A stretch of 64,000 nt of DNA from Lepidodermella squamata (Eukaryota; Animalia; Gastrotricha): positions 1,302,001 to 1,366,000 of the forward strand of contig JBLDXI010000020.1 in the NCBI GenBank assembly GCA_047495785.1, in the 5' to 3' direction. Below are positions 1-15,111 of the stretch, one piece after another. Position numbers and translations under genes: made by a program. The notes beneath the pieces are model-generated. The model saw only the letters and a list, made by a program, of their open reading frames with translations, ran no database searches and was not told where the DNA came from. Each line of letters starts with the position of its first letter. Positions within the stretch are counted from its first letter, which is position 1.

Positions 1-624
1 TGGCGCCGATACATTTGCCAGCGCCAATCCGAGAACGTTTGCCGTCGCGCCGGCTACAAGCGAAAATGCTACTGGTTTTCGGTGCAACCGGCAACGTGGT
101 TCAACGCCCGTGAGTATTGCGCCACAATGGGCCAACGTCTTGCCCGTGTTACCGCCACTGACGAGCTCAACTTTTTGGCCCGTATCATGCCGCGCCCGAG
201 CTGGATCGACCTGCGTTATGGCGGCCAGGGCGTCGGTTGGTCATATGCCGATGGTAGCAGCGTGAACAACGCCGCTTCGTTCTTCGGCGGTGCCGGCTAC
301 ATGGGTGGCTTTGGAATGGGACCTCGTTGCGCCGAGCTACGCCGCTACAACCAAAAGGAGGGCCGAAGCGTTGCGGCTGAATGCAACAAACTGAATCAGT
401 TCATCTGCGAAAGCGAAAGTTTGCCGCAAGGCGCGGAAATGGATAACCCCGAGGACATGCCCGGTTCTGTGTTCGGCTCACCCATGGGCGGCCCGGCTAT
501 GGGCCCTGGTGGCCCTGTCAATCCGCTTGACCCGTCCATGAGCGGTGGCATGGCTGGTATGGGAATGCCGGGAGCTGTCAATGAGTTCGGTGGCTACGGA
601 ATGGCTGGTGGTTTTGGCCGTTGA
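1..624 (+). CDS. C-type lectin domain protein (5' partial) with Gly/Met/Pro-rich C-terminal tail
   Basis: Frame is open from base 1 (WRRYICQR, end of a preceding CTLD), then KCYWFS..ATWFNAREYC..LARV..WIDL..W..DGS..CAEL..C....FICE, then a low-complexity G/M/P tail; stop at 622-624. Confidence 0.85.
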   Translation, partial: WRRYICQRQSENVCRRAGYKRKCYWFSVQPATWFNAREYCATMGQRLARVTATDELNFLARIMPRPSWIDLRYGGQGVGWSYADGSSVNNAASFFGGAGYMGGFGMGPRCAELRRYNQKEGRSVAAECNKLNQFICESESLPQGAEMDNPEDMPGSVFGSPMGGPAMGPGGPVNPLDPSMSGGMAGMGMPGAVNEFGGYGMAGGFGR

Positions 625-1486
625 TTTGTTTTCGCCCCTCAAAAACTGCCTTTTTATCTTCGCCTAACAAATCAAAATGATCTAGTGTCACTCTTTGCTA
701 CTTCGTGAATTTTTGTTGTCAGTTTTATCCTTTATGATGTTAGCTTGAAGTCAAAATAAGATGCTTTTACTGGAACACAATGATTCTAAACACAATTCCA
801 ATGGAATAAAATCAGCAATTTTTAATGGTGTATTTTAATGCTTGGTCAATGGAAAACTATCTCAAATGATGAGCTGCAGATCACGCTCCAGAATTGTTCC
901 AGGTTTCCTAACGGGGGAAGTTTGGAAACGAGGGGATTCGAATCTGGGATAGCAGCTATCTATCACTCACTAGTATCCGCGAGTTTTTATGACCACTTTG
1001 AAACTAGGCTCATTGAACTTTCAGGTCCAATTATAGGGGATCTACCTGAATTATTCGAATGCTGTCATCAACTTTCGAAGCTCCAGCAGTTCAAGAATAA
1101 TTCAGTACCTTTACCTCCATTATATTGTCATATTTCGTCCAAAAACATTAATGGGCACATCAAAGGGCAATATCCATTCAGCAGTTGTAGCCATGTTATG
1201 AATCGGCGTTAATGTTACGCAACGGTTAAATCGTGTGCCTAAGGCGCGAGCGTGTTTCAAGGGCGCACGCGCGCTGTATCAGTCGGTCGTTCGAGTTGGA
1301 AAAATTCGCGCTTTTTTCGAACAAAACAATGATTTTGTAAAGGCGCGACTCAATTCTGAAAAACAACTTGTCTGATTTTCCTGACAATCCTACAGCGCGT
1401 TACCCGTCTTATCTCACGTGAAACCTTGACGGCCGGCTGAACCTTTATTAATTTAATTTCTCCAACTTGTTTCTCTCTGTTATAGA

Positions 1487-4400
1487 ATGAATTTAGCGGC
1501 ATTTGCTACGATTCTGCTTGCCGCTTCAGTTGCAGCGTCAGGTAGGCTGTGGCCTAATTTTCTTGATTGATAATGATAGATTGAACCTATTCTAGATGCC
1601 TCGGACAGCTGTGAAATGGACCTGGTTTTCAGCATCGATCATTCGACGACTTACACCAGCGAACAGTTCGAATTGATCAAACAGCTTATTCTCAACACTT
1701 ACAAGAAGTTGAAGGAGAGCAGTCAGAAAATCAAGGTAAAATTACAATTTTTATTGATTGCGTGAATTTTTCTGATTTTTCTAGAGCAGCTTGTTATCAT
1801 TTGGTGAAAACGGAGCGGAGAGCTTGGTTAATTTTAACCAAGATGAACCCGATATCGAAAACTCGATTAAGAGCCTTGAAGCAAAGGGCGGCCGTCCCGC
1901 CTTGATGAAGGCCCTCCAAATGATCCAGAATTTTTACAAGGAGCGCGCCGATCTCAGGCCATCGGCTGAGAAGAAAGCTATTATTTTCATGGCTGGCGAG
2001 CCGCCGAATGTTATTGGCTGCCTGAAGGCGGCCAACCAAGTCCGCAACAATGGCGTCAAAATCATTCCAGTAGCTATTTACACTTCGGACGGCGACGTCA
2101 CGAAACAGCGCGACTTCGTCAATTTCCTTGGAACTATCGCCGGAAATTCCGAAGCTGTCCAACAACTCGACATCAAGGCTCCTAACTGTAATTTAATTAC
2201 AAATCAATTTAATGCCATTCTGTTTTTATTAGGATCATAAAATAAGTTATTGCCGAGAGTTAAAAATTGGGAAAATAATTTTTCAATGATAGGCCAAGCT
2301 ACAAAGATCTTTTACCGGAACCTTTATGGTTCAGAACCTAAATAAAAAATCTTGGCACTTGGCACTAAACGCTAGCAATCCAATAATTTTGCTGAAAATT
2401 AGAGTATTTTTTCTTTGAAATTTTTATGAACACCACTTCATTATCATTAATAATTTTGATTTTAATGGAAATTTTGCTCATTTTTTTCAAGTTGTTCGCC
2501 TGGCGAATAAAATTGCTGCAGCTGTTTGCCCCAACGTCAACCAGCCTGAGGAAGAACCCATCGCTGAAGAGAAGAAAGAAGAAGTCGAAAAAGTCGCGGA
2601 GGAGGAGCCGATACCCGCGCCAGTTGAGGTCGAGCAGAGGCACCGTGGCCCGGTCTCAGACTACAAAGCAGCTGGTGCTGGTCTTCTGGAAGAAATTGTT
2701 CAAGAAGACGCTGTAACGAAGATTCCGCGCGTTCGCACGACGAAAGTCACCTCTTTGCCTAGCAATATGGATCGTGATCGCGTGTTACACGAAGCCCCGA
2801 AAGCCGAGCCAGCTAAACCGACACCGGCCCCGCCTGTTCCGGCGACAACGAGACAGCGCAAATTGGTCGACGCCCAGCAAAAGAAATCCAAGGATCAAGC
2901 TTACATTGGCGGCGATGTCCCATTTATTCCGTTGAACATCGTTACTCGCCCTTCGAAGACCACAACCAGCACTACGACGACTACAACCACCACTATGAGC
3001 CCATCTGATCTTAAGGCTGTCACTTTCTGCCAGGAAATTCTTAGCGACATCGAGGTTTTGACTGATCAATACTTCGGAAATCCTGAGGACTGCACTTCCT
3101 TCTACCAATGCTCGCTGTAAGACTCTTTTTAGAGCTCGATCTAATTTTACGAAATTTTTTTACAGCGAGACTGGTGTTCTCACCGCCAAACTGTTCCATT
3201 GCCAACCTGGAATGTTCTGGAAAGAACAGCTCAAGCAGTGTATGCCCGGTGTTGCTTGCAAAGATCGTTGCGAAGAGCCTGCCGTCGCCCGCCGCGGTGT
3301 CTGGGCCGACCCGAACAACTGCCGCCGTTGGTTCCAATGCGCCAATCAAATTTCCTACCCAGCTTGCTGCCCAGCTGTAAAAAAAAACGAAAATTCTAAG
3401 CATTAACTAGATTAAATTTCGAATTTTAGGGCACCGCTTACGACGACACGTTGACGACTTGTGTTACTACGACAACTTGCGAGGACGATTGCGAAGTCGG
3501 CGCACCCAAGCCCGATTCTTCGGAAGAAGGCCCGACTACCGTTGAACCTCGTTTTGACGCTAACGGATGCCATGATCGATGGGGCGGTCTGAAACGGCCG
3601 AATCGCCGCCATCCGGCCAAGTACTTCGTTCATGTTTGTTCATTACTACGTATTTTTGCGCGATTTTTCTACTTCCAACATTGTTTCAGATTGGCAAGGG
3701 ACATTTCGTCCCAGTGACTTGCCCTATGGGCACTCGTTTCGACTTGATCGAATGCGATTGCATCAACGGCGACGGCGAGGATGAAAACTTCCTTCAGGAT
3801 CTGCCGCCTCTCGAAGACGAACCCGAGGAGATCCACGCCTGGTTGTACTTCCCCTTCGACGAGAACCTCAACGACTACTCGAACCACCGCCTGTGGGTCA
3901 CGCCGGCCGTGTTCGGTGGTGCCTGGGTCGACCAGCGCATCCGCGTTTACGGCGAGGGTTCCGCCCGCATTTCCAGCAGTGGTATCACTGTTCCTGGTCT
4001 CAGTGGCGCCGATTTCCGCGATCATCTCACCCTCGGCATGTGGATCCGCTGCTACTCAGCCTCGACCCTCTGCTCCGGCGACTTGTTCGCTAACGGTAAA
4101 ACATGATTAGATCAGGAATATTTTTCGAATTATTTTGATGAAATTCAAGGCAATACGAAGGCTACTCCCACCATTCACATGGGCCTGCGTGAGTTGGAGG
4201 ACAACAAGCCGAAACGTGGTGACAATGACGAGCCTGCTGCTGCCAAGTCGAAGGGCGATCGTAAAATCGCTGTTGAATTGTCCCTGCAAACCGGTTCGTC
4301 TACCGAGCCTGTAACCCTCGTCTACCAACTGCCGCGCCCTTCCGCGCTCGCCTCCTGGACCCATTTAGGCATGCGCTACGACGGCTACGCCCTGTCGCTC

Positions 4401-4622
4401 TACATCAACGGCACCCTCATCAACGAAGTGCCGAGTTCTGGCAACATTGCCGTTTCGATGACGCAGATTGTTGTCGCCGGAACTGTTATCAACCCGCACC
4501 AGTTCCGCGGCTACATCGACGAAGTTATCGTGCTGCCGGTGGCGCTCGACGACCTCGGCATGAAGGGCCTTCTCAAGGCCGACATGGCTCGTTTGGCTCA
4601 CGATGGCTGGATCAAAGTCTAA
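1487..4622 (+). CDS. Pif/BMSP-like secreted protein: signal peptide, VWA, acidic and Thr-rich linkers, chitin-binding (CBM14-like) modules, LamG domain
   Basis: ATG 1487 MNLAAFATILLAASVAAS; VWA (CEMDLVFSIDHSTT..KKAIIFMAGE..VKIIPVAI..IAAAVC) joined in frame across intron 2188-2491; chitin-binding motifs FGNPEDCTSFYQC, WADPNNCRRWFQC, VTCPMGTRFDLIECDC; LamG YFPFDE..WTHLGMRYDG..LYING..FRGYIDEV. Confidence 0.8.
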
Positions 4623-4787
4623 ATTGCGTTAAATTATTATTTTCTGAAATGACTGATAAAAATACATAAGCATGCTAGATATCGAATATTCTATTCTAAA
4701 ATATTTTCTCGCCGCATCAAAAGATTTTAATGGGAAGAGCAGTCAGAGAGGAAAAATAAATTCCGATACTTCATTGAACGTCCCAAA

Positions 4788-5879
4788 TTATGTTTTTGTG
4801 CCGATAGCTTTGGAAAAAATCCATAGAACACGTTGATCGCGATGAAGCAAAGCCAGCATGGTCGTTATAACAGCAAAAATTAGCGTCATCAACTCTGAGG
4901 CGAGGCAGATTAGGTACATAACTGCTCGCTGCTTCTCATCCGGATTCGCCAACTTCAGCGCCCCTTGCACGCTGAACAACACCACTAAATTGAATAAGGT
5001 GAAAAGACTCAGGGCTAAAAATATTCCGAAATGCTCGTCGTTCTTCTGGGCTAGAACAATTGCGCTCCAGACCAAATTCGAGACAGTCAGCTCAATTAAA
5101 GCATACAAAGCCGAGGCAATGTGGATCCATTTGCTGACAGATCGGCTTATGCAAGGCAGACAGCATTTGCCACAGCAATTTTCTAGCCGCTCTTCTGGTT
5201 TGACTTTACGATAAATCGTCGTCGTGTGAATCTTCATAAATCCCTCGGTTTTTTCATCGTTTTCGTACTCGTGCATCACCTCGCCAACTTTTTCGCGAGT
5301 GTTGTCGCCGTGGGTTGGGAAAATTCCGATAAAGCCGAAAGAGACCGCAGCCATAATATCTAGAACGTACCACGCATTTTCCCAATCATCGCCGATTCGG
5401 TATTGATATTCCCAAGCAAATAGCCAAATGAGGCCAAAGCTCAACATGATACATGCCGAAAATAATATTCGATATTGATTAGTGCTTGTGTCTGAGCAAT
5501 GCAGCGAAATTGTATCGTTTTGCCACTTGAAAGGACCTCCTTCGTCGATAATGTCATTGAAAACATCGTAAACATACAAACCTATCTGTAGGTAGCAATC
5601 GTTACAAAAGTACCTTATAATATAGCCTATCTTTACCGTAATGACCAGAGCAACAACGATGAAAATAGCCGGAATGTATGTATTTCCAAAGCTAGCTTCC
5701 TGCAGAATGCTTTCGGACAGGTTCAAGCTCTTACCAATCAGGACCCTTGGCATTGCATTGATGATTGCCTCGTGTTGCGCTAATATGTCTGTCGCATTGA
5801 TCTGAAAGCTGGATTCCAGCGAATTAGCGCCCGCTAGAAGGTGGACAGCTAGTAGAACCAGCAGCCTTAATGTAAGCAT
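4788..5879 (-). CDS. Intronless multipass membrane protein, possibly Frag1/DRAM/TMEM150-like
   Basis: 363-aa ORF with N-terminal hydrophobic signal and about 6 further hydrophobic segments; TISLH, FIGIFPT and WIHIASA resemble Frag1/DRAM motifs (family call tentative). Confidence 0.6.
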   Translation of the reverse strand: MLTLRLLVLLAVHLLAGANSLESSFQINATDILAQHEAIINAMPRVLIGKSLNLSESILQEASFGNTYIPAIFIVVALVITVKIGYIIRYFCNDCYLQIGLYVYDVFNDIIDEGGPFKWQNDTISLHCSDTSTNQYRILFSACIMLSFGLIWLFAWEYQYRIGDDWENAWYVLDIMAAVSFGFIGIFPTHGDNTREKVGEVMHEYENDEKTEGFMKIHTTTIYRKVKPEERLENCCGKCCLPCISRSVSKWIHIASALYALIELTVSNLVWSAIVLAQKNDEHFGIFLALSLFTLFNLVVLFSVQGALKLANPDEKQRAVMYLICLASELMTLIFAVITTMLALLHRDQRVLWIFSKAIGTKT

Positions 5880-6495
5880 TTCTGGTGAAATTTCAGCAGT
5901 AGTAGTTTAGCGCATCATAGCTTCTCTGTTATAAACCGGCCAATGACAAGGTTAATAACGCTGTATATTCCATATATTTACGATCGTCGCGTTCTGATCC
6001 CCCGTGCTCGGCAGTTACTAAGGTACATCATTAAAGGATGAGCCTGATTTTTTCATCTCGAAACAGCTGTTTCAACTCTGATAGCCGGCTCTTACTTTTT
6101 TATTCATACTTCCGATTTATCAACCCGCCATGTTGGCTTAGAACGAGCTCGCAAAAATATTTAATGCCATTGAAATTCCTCACTCTTTCGCGTCTTGCTA
6201 GTAGTGTCATCAGAGAGAACTCTGAGTAAATTGAATTTAGGCTAAAGCGTCTGGAACAACAATTTTCGTAATAGGAAAACAATCAATTTTACTCTTTATT
6301 TTAGTTGTTAAAGAATTTTCGCAGCAAATTGCGAAGCACATCCCACAGGACACATGAACACGAAGTAAATATAAAACCCACTTAAGCCATTTATTGTTGA
6401 TTATTTTCTATTTACTGGGCGCAAAAATTGGCACCGATTGAACAAATTGAGGTATGAAGTTGAAGTTGAACAATGTGCAGTTCGGTAAATGATGT

Positions 6496-7514
6496 TTACG
6501 AATGGAATCGCTTAGTGAACATTTCAAAGTGCGCATGGCTGGTTAGGATCAGGTCAGGATTTTGCGCTGCAAATTCAGCCATAACTTTCAGGTGGCCCTG
6601 CTGAAGACTGGCGAAGTATCGAGTCAAATTTCTTAACTCAGCCTGGCGCTTTTGTGCGGATTTTTCGTCGGTGAATCGATTGGCTATGTAGTTGGATAAC
6701 GCCTCAACGTATTCCTGTTCAACATCGGCAACTTTCTCCACGCTGATCAACCCTGGGGTTTCTGTGTGAAATGATAATAATTTGACAAAATTAAAGATAA
6801 ATGTTGACGGTAAAAACTAACCCGATCTAAAGAACAACAATGCCGCCATAAAATTCAATTCGGTTTTGTCAAAAACAGCGGCTTTCAGAGTTTTCCCAGC
6901 TTCACGGAATAGAGCTCTTAGCTCAATAATTGGAGGGAAATATTGTACCTTGAGATGAATAATAAGCATAGCTCTGGCGTCATTGCATTTTTGCTTCAAT
7001 TTACCATTAAATTCTTGCCATTATTATCCATCGAGAAATAGTTTTCAACATCATTTTCCATGTCGTAGTCGATTGAAAGTTGCGCCAATGTTATTGGAAA
7101 CAGCGATTCGCTGAACAAGGTCACACGATCCGTGGACAAAATTGTATCGTACCCTTACGGAAAAAATGAAAAATAAATTAGCTACCCTGGGAGTCGAGTA
7201 CGTACCTTCTAGGCCTTGGATGAAACTGAATACCAAATTGCGATGATTCTCAAAACACACCATTCCTTGTTTCCAAACTTCTTCTGGCGACCAGTTAGGT
7301 TCGAAGTTTATTTTGAGCTAAAAAGATGTAGCAATATTTGCAATAATATATTTCGAAATTTAATAAATCGTACCGCATTGATCTCATCAAGGTGGAGTGC
7401 CGCGTCTGTAAGCCGGGTCAGTCGATGAGATGGATCGATATTCCCGCATTTACTGTCAATCGTAGCCAGCTCCTGATGCTTCGAGTTGTTTATTAGGTCG
7501 GATATGTTGGGCAT
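6496..7514 (-). CDS. Nuclear receptor ligand-binding-domain protein, no DNA-binding domain visible
   Basis: Five short exons give FIQGLEGYDTILSTDRVTLF (LBD signature), FDKTELNFMAALLFFRS..PGL..VADVEQEYVEALSNYI, and an AF-2-like HFEMF at the C-terminus. Confidence 0.75.
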
Positions 7515-10500
7515 TTTATAGGTACTTCAAACAGTGCTCTAGAAAGCGGCAATGCGAAAGATGAAACTGAATGCGCAACAGTCTAAAACGTCTCTCGCAT
7601 ATAATGAAGCTAAATTAAGTACAGGGTTTCTAATATCACCTTTGGCCGTTGGGTATGAGAGAAGCCGTGGAATTACAGTTTCAATGTGATGTCGCACGTA
7701 AAAAGACCAACGCGAAGGTCATTTAACGACCCTTTTAACTAAGGTGTATTGTTATTGCTCTCTAAGTTGGCGCTTAAAAACAAAAGAACTCGTGTGAAAT
7801 AATGGCGTTAAACCGTGTGTACTAGATTCAAGACATGGTATGAGACAGAGATATTATAAAAATAGCTCGTATTACGTGATTTCCTCAAAAATGTGTCATT
7901 GGCTACCTTTCGGACATGATAAATAATTACAACACCCAAGATCCCAACATCAAAAACTTATTCAGCTAGCTTAATCATTTTCCTTTTGCAAGTCTGCCTG
8001 AAAAAATCGAATATCGAATGTGAAGCAATCAGGCGCAAAAAATGAAGAAAAAAGCTGTGAATGGATTGTTGCTGTCTTTTAAAGGAGTACATTTCGTTGG
8101 CAGCTCGCACCTAAATCCAGACAATGTCAATACCAGGTCATTTATAGCTGTTATCGTTGTGGAAAAAAGAAGCCGCACATTCTAGATACGGGTGAGGCGC
8201 TATTTTAGGATGCGGGTTACTTATACTACTGGTATTACAAGACCGATAACGCAGCACAATTAATCAGTAGGCCCGGACGGGCCCAGCTGATATATAGAGA
8301 AGGTCAAAATGGACTAAAAGCGATGAAATAGCGTTTTCCACCTATAAGAGTCATTTTTATTGAGATTTTGAATATCTCTTGACTCGCCATGTTTTTATCT
8401 ATATTAGCTATAGGTGACTATAAAGAAAGGATTTCGCCATGCCGAAACGCAACTGGGCCGATTTCCTATATTAGCGCCTCAGTGACAAAAAAATCCAATT
8501 TGGATGTTTGACTTGAAGAAGAACCAACACGAATTCTTTAGCATGCATGAGACGCGAAGCGTCGTTATTGTTGCATCACACTCATCATGCGATGTCTGTG
8601 TCTTGATAAAATTTAGTTGAGAAACGTTACGATGGCTAATTTAAAACAGATCAATGATTTCGAATGAATGAAAAATCGGAGTTAGCTTGAAAAATGCTAG
8701 GAGACTGAATGAAGATGGGTATCTAGATTTGTTTTTCCTGATGTTCAGCAATTTTTTGACTGGTTTGCCTGGTTTTGGGCGAATAGTGGGTAATTTTTTT
8801 TAAACAATGGCTTGAACAAAGGCCCGCATGTTTTCAAATTTCTCGTGATTCGCTCGTCATCACAGGTTCGATTCTTTGATAATAGTGGCTTTACACTCGC
8901 TTAGTCACCCATTCTTCTGCAAACCTTGAAAAAACCGAAGAAACAAATAGATTTCGCCTTAGTTCCCATAGTAATATGGTCAACTATTCCATGTTGCACC
9001 TGAACTTCCGCTGAGTGCCCTGCTGCAACTCATCATCAAATTGTTCTTATACCTTCGATTTTGTGGACTGACATGGTGAACAAATAACCAAGTCGATTTT
9101 CATTCCAAAATTTTTACTTTTATGGTAAAGATCTTAAGAGCGCCAGCAGCGAAATCCCGAATCCGGGCGCTTTGATTTTTACGAATGGTGCATAGCTTAA
9201 GTATCCTCCATCGATTTTCCGATAATGCAGCGTGCTTTTTAAGAGAATATAAGCGAAATTTTGCCTTTTTGACGTGGGGGAAATAGCATGGAAAGTAAGA
9301 GCCAATATTTAAAACACTCAAGATACTGTTATCATTTATATTGATACTTGTTACCGCGTAAAAAACTGCCGACAGATCTAGCAAATAAAATGCATTCGTC
9401 ATTAGATTTATGGTGGCTTCCTAGCTTATAATCTATTCTGCAGCTTCTTCAAGAGAATTTTCTCACTTATGGTCATCATGAATTCATTCATTATTAACGT
9501 CATTCTTTCCGTGGCCCGTATAATGTCGCCGTCGAATCGCTTTTTTATATACCGGAAATTCTCGGAATAACACTGGCGTGAGCCGTGGTAACCTAGATTT
9601 GTAACCCCTGCCACTATAATTTTGTAGAGGGCATAACCTCGATAATGCCGACAAACCGCTCATTCATGCCCTCTCTTGGGAGTAAAAGCTTTCAAACAAG
9701 TAAATAAATCCAACACAGATTCATGCCCATTGCGTTTACAAATCGTTGCTGGCTGCGAACGCTACCAGCCCATCGCTCGTGGGTAAAATTTAGGTTAACT
9801 TCTCTTTTTGTCTGCAGTACAACGAACAGAGCTATCGCGCAATGGCCACTCTCGCGTAAGCTAGATGAGAACTGGATTGGGGACTGGATGCCTCGCGCCG
9901 ATTTCTCTCAATTGGCGCTGGGTCAACTCCAACACAAGCCGAGAATCGCTGAGCTATTTCGAGCCCTAAAAATGTAACTGTGATGATGCTGATTAAGCGA
10001 AATCTCTGTCAACAGATAAAAGAAGAGGACTCGCTACCGTGTGTACTACACAGTCTATTCAACGCAAGGGCGTGCACGCACTTCGAAAAATTTCGAACAC
10101 TTGCAGAAAACTGCTGCTAAATACATTCATAATTGTAATTAGTTTACTTTAAAAAAACTTTAATTATAGTTTTTGATAGATATTTAATGAAAAGAATATC
10201 GCAAGGAATAGTCATTCTCCTTCACGTAAATTTGTAAAATTCTTCGTTATTTTACTCGGTTTGCTAGGGTTTGATCGATTTCGCACGATTTCTCGAAGCG
10301 GGAATGCTGAATGCTATGCTAGTTCACATCTGCCCATTCAATCGTTCAGTCTGCATGATACCTAATTTTGATTCTTTGCTCGCTAAAACCAACGGCAGCC
10401 TGAAAACTATTGTGTACTCTTAACTCTTGGTGAGCAGTTTGTCAGCAGCGAATTTAAAAGAACCAGAAACTAAAGAAATTATCTGAGATGTCTTACATAG

Positions 10501-10608
10501 TTGGCACAGTTTTGCTTATTTTCATTCCTGCTTGTTTACATTTTAGATGCCTTAGAACATGTTTTTTCATCCTGACATGGAAACACATTTCCCTATAGCG
10601 AATTCGTC

Positions 10609-13563
<2,955 letters not shown>

Positions 13564-14220
13564 CTTTCTGTGAGTCTGAAAAAATTAATCTCTTGCACCG
13601 ATATTGACTAGTCAATCATTATACGAAACGATTAATCAGAAATATGATATGATCATGCTGAGAGTGATAGATCCTCCTTAATATTGATATAATGCTCTAT
13701 TCTCGTCAAATAATGATATACATAGTACCTTCAATATTATGAGTAATGCTCATAGCAGCTGCATTAGTATTTTATTACTTCGTTCTCAGCCGTGGCGACT
13801 ACTAGCTTTAGTAGTTGTAAGTGTTTTATTAGTGAAAAACCAAGTTTCACTCACGCTGTTGGCATGTGCTTGTTCATCATCTTCATAATCATTGAGCATC
13901 TCTGCGCGCTTGTCCACAGTGTCTAATACGCTTTGTCGGCCGTGTCTACACTTCTGTGTTTCTCTGTGCCACACGGGCCGAAGCAGCTTATTCATCGTTG
14001 TCGCCAGCGCCAGACCATCGGTGGCTGGGCGGCCCTTTTTGTAGTAGTATACTAATCTTTCTCGACTATGTTTACATCAACAGCAGCAACAACGGAGCAG
14101 CAGCAGCAGACTTCTTGCCTACATGACTTGGTAATATCAATACATCTCACATTTTTACTACACGAAAAGCCTGCTTATTCACCGAGATATAGCTTCGACG
14201 AGAAAAAAATTCGCGTATGC

Positions 14221-14255
14221 ATCATTATTACTATTATCATCACTATTATTATTAT
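14221..14255. repeat. Imperfect (ATT/ATC)n microsatellite
   Basis: atcattattactattatcatcactattattattat; a CAG/CAA run lies nearby at about 14080-14109. Confidence 0.6.
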
Positions 14256-15111
14256 AAATTGATACGCGGGGTGTTTGCATTTTGTTTGTGGCCAGCTGTG
14301 TTTTTCTTATCACTTTCTACAAAAAAATTATTAGAAAAGATATATATAGTGCGCTATCTATTTCTAGTTCATTTTATTCTTTCCTACTTGCCTTCTAAAA
14401 GATATTTTTGGCCTCTAGTGTTGTATTTCAATACAGTTTTTTATCTGTGTTTTTATTTGGAGAATTGTGCATCGCAGCTAATTATGTATATTATCTCGAA
14501 TAAATTATTCGGACTCTTCCATAGTCGTTTTTCTTTGAAATCGGCAGAAGCTGTACATGGGAATACTATCATTATATATATATTTGTATATTTGTTACAT
14601 GCCTCTTGTCCGAATAATTATCATAACAAGATGAATATGCATCATTCTCGCTTATATGTTTTTTGGTGATTTTGACTACTGGTTTATACATTTATCATTG
14701 AGCGTCATCTCATAGTGAAATCACTCGATGTATCGATTTTTTCTACGCTCCCCTTCCTTTCTTTCTACCCCACCGCCATTTTGCTCCCTGTTGAATCAAA
14801 AGTACCTGCGCACTTAGTCGGATCATAATTAGCATCATTTTGACCTGTTGTATAGTATTGATACCATTTTCACCTTGAATCTCATTTCTACCGCCTTGTC
14901 AACGTATTTATTTGTTTTGTGTGCAACTGCTTGGAAACGTGCAAATTGTGGCACGTGTTCAATGGCTTCAAAAAAAATTATTACGAGTAAAAAGTTTATA
15001 TTTGTTGATGATAAATTTTTTCTATTTACTTTTTAGGTGTTATTTTTGTGTTATATTTACTAACCGCATTTATATATGTTGGTGTTACTTACTTGAGATA
15101 CACTTAATCCC

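Noticed and set aside
838-1212. 124-aa ORF between the lectin and Pif-like genes
   Set aside because: No recognisable domain or splice links; probably incidental.
1470-1490. Acceptor-like AG just before start codons (also near 30762) as evidence of spliced-leader trans-splicing
   Set aside because: Cannot be distinguished from ordinary 5' UTR introns without cDNA.
8500-9700. Minus-strand ORFs 9100-9402 and 9426-9614 as a transposon relic or missing receptor exons
   Set aside because: No recognisable catalytic or zinc-finger motif and no termini found.
14068-14669. Hydrophobic His/Tyr/Phe-rich ORFs
   Set aside because: Explained by microsatellite and AT-rich sequence, probably UTR or intergenic.
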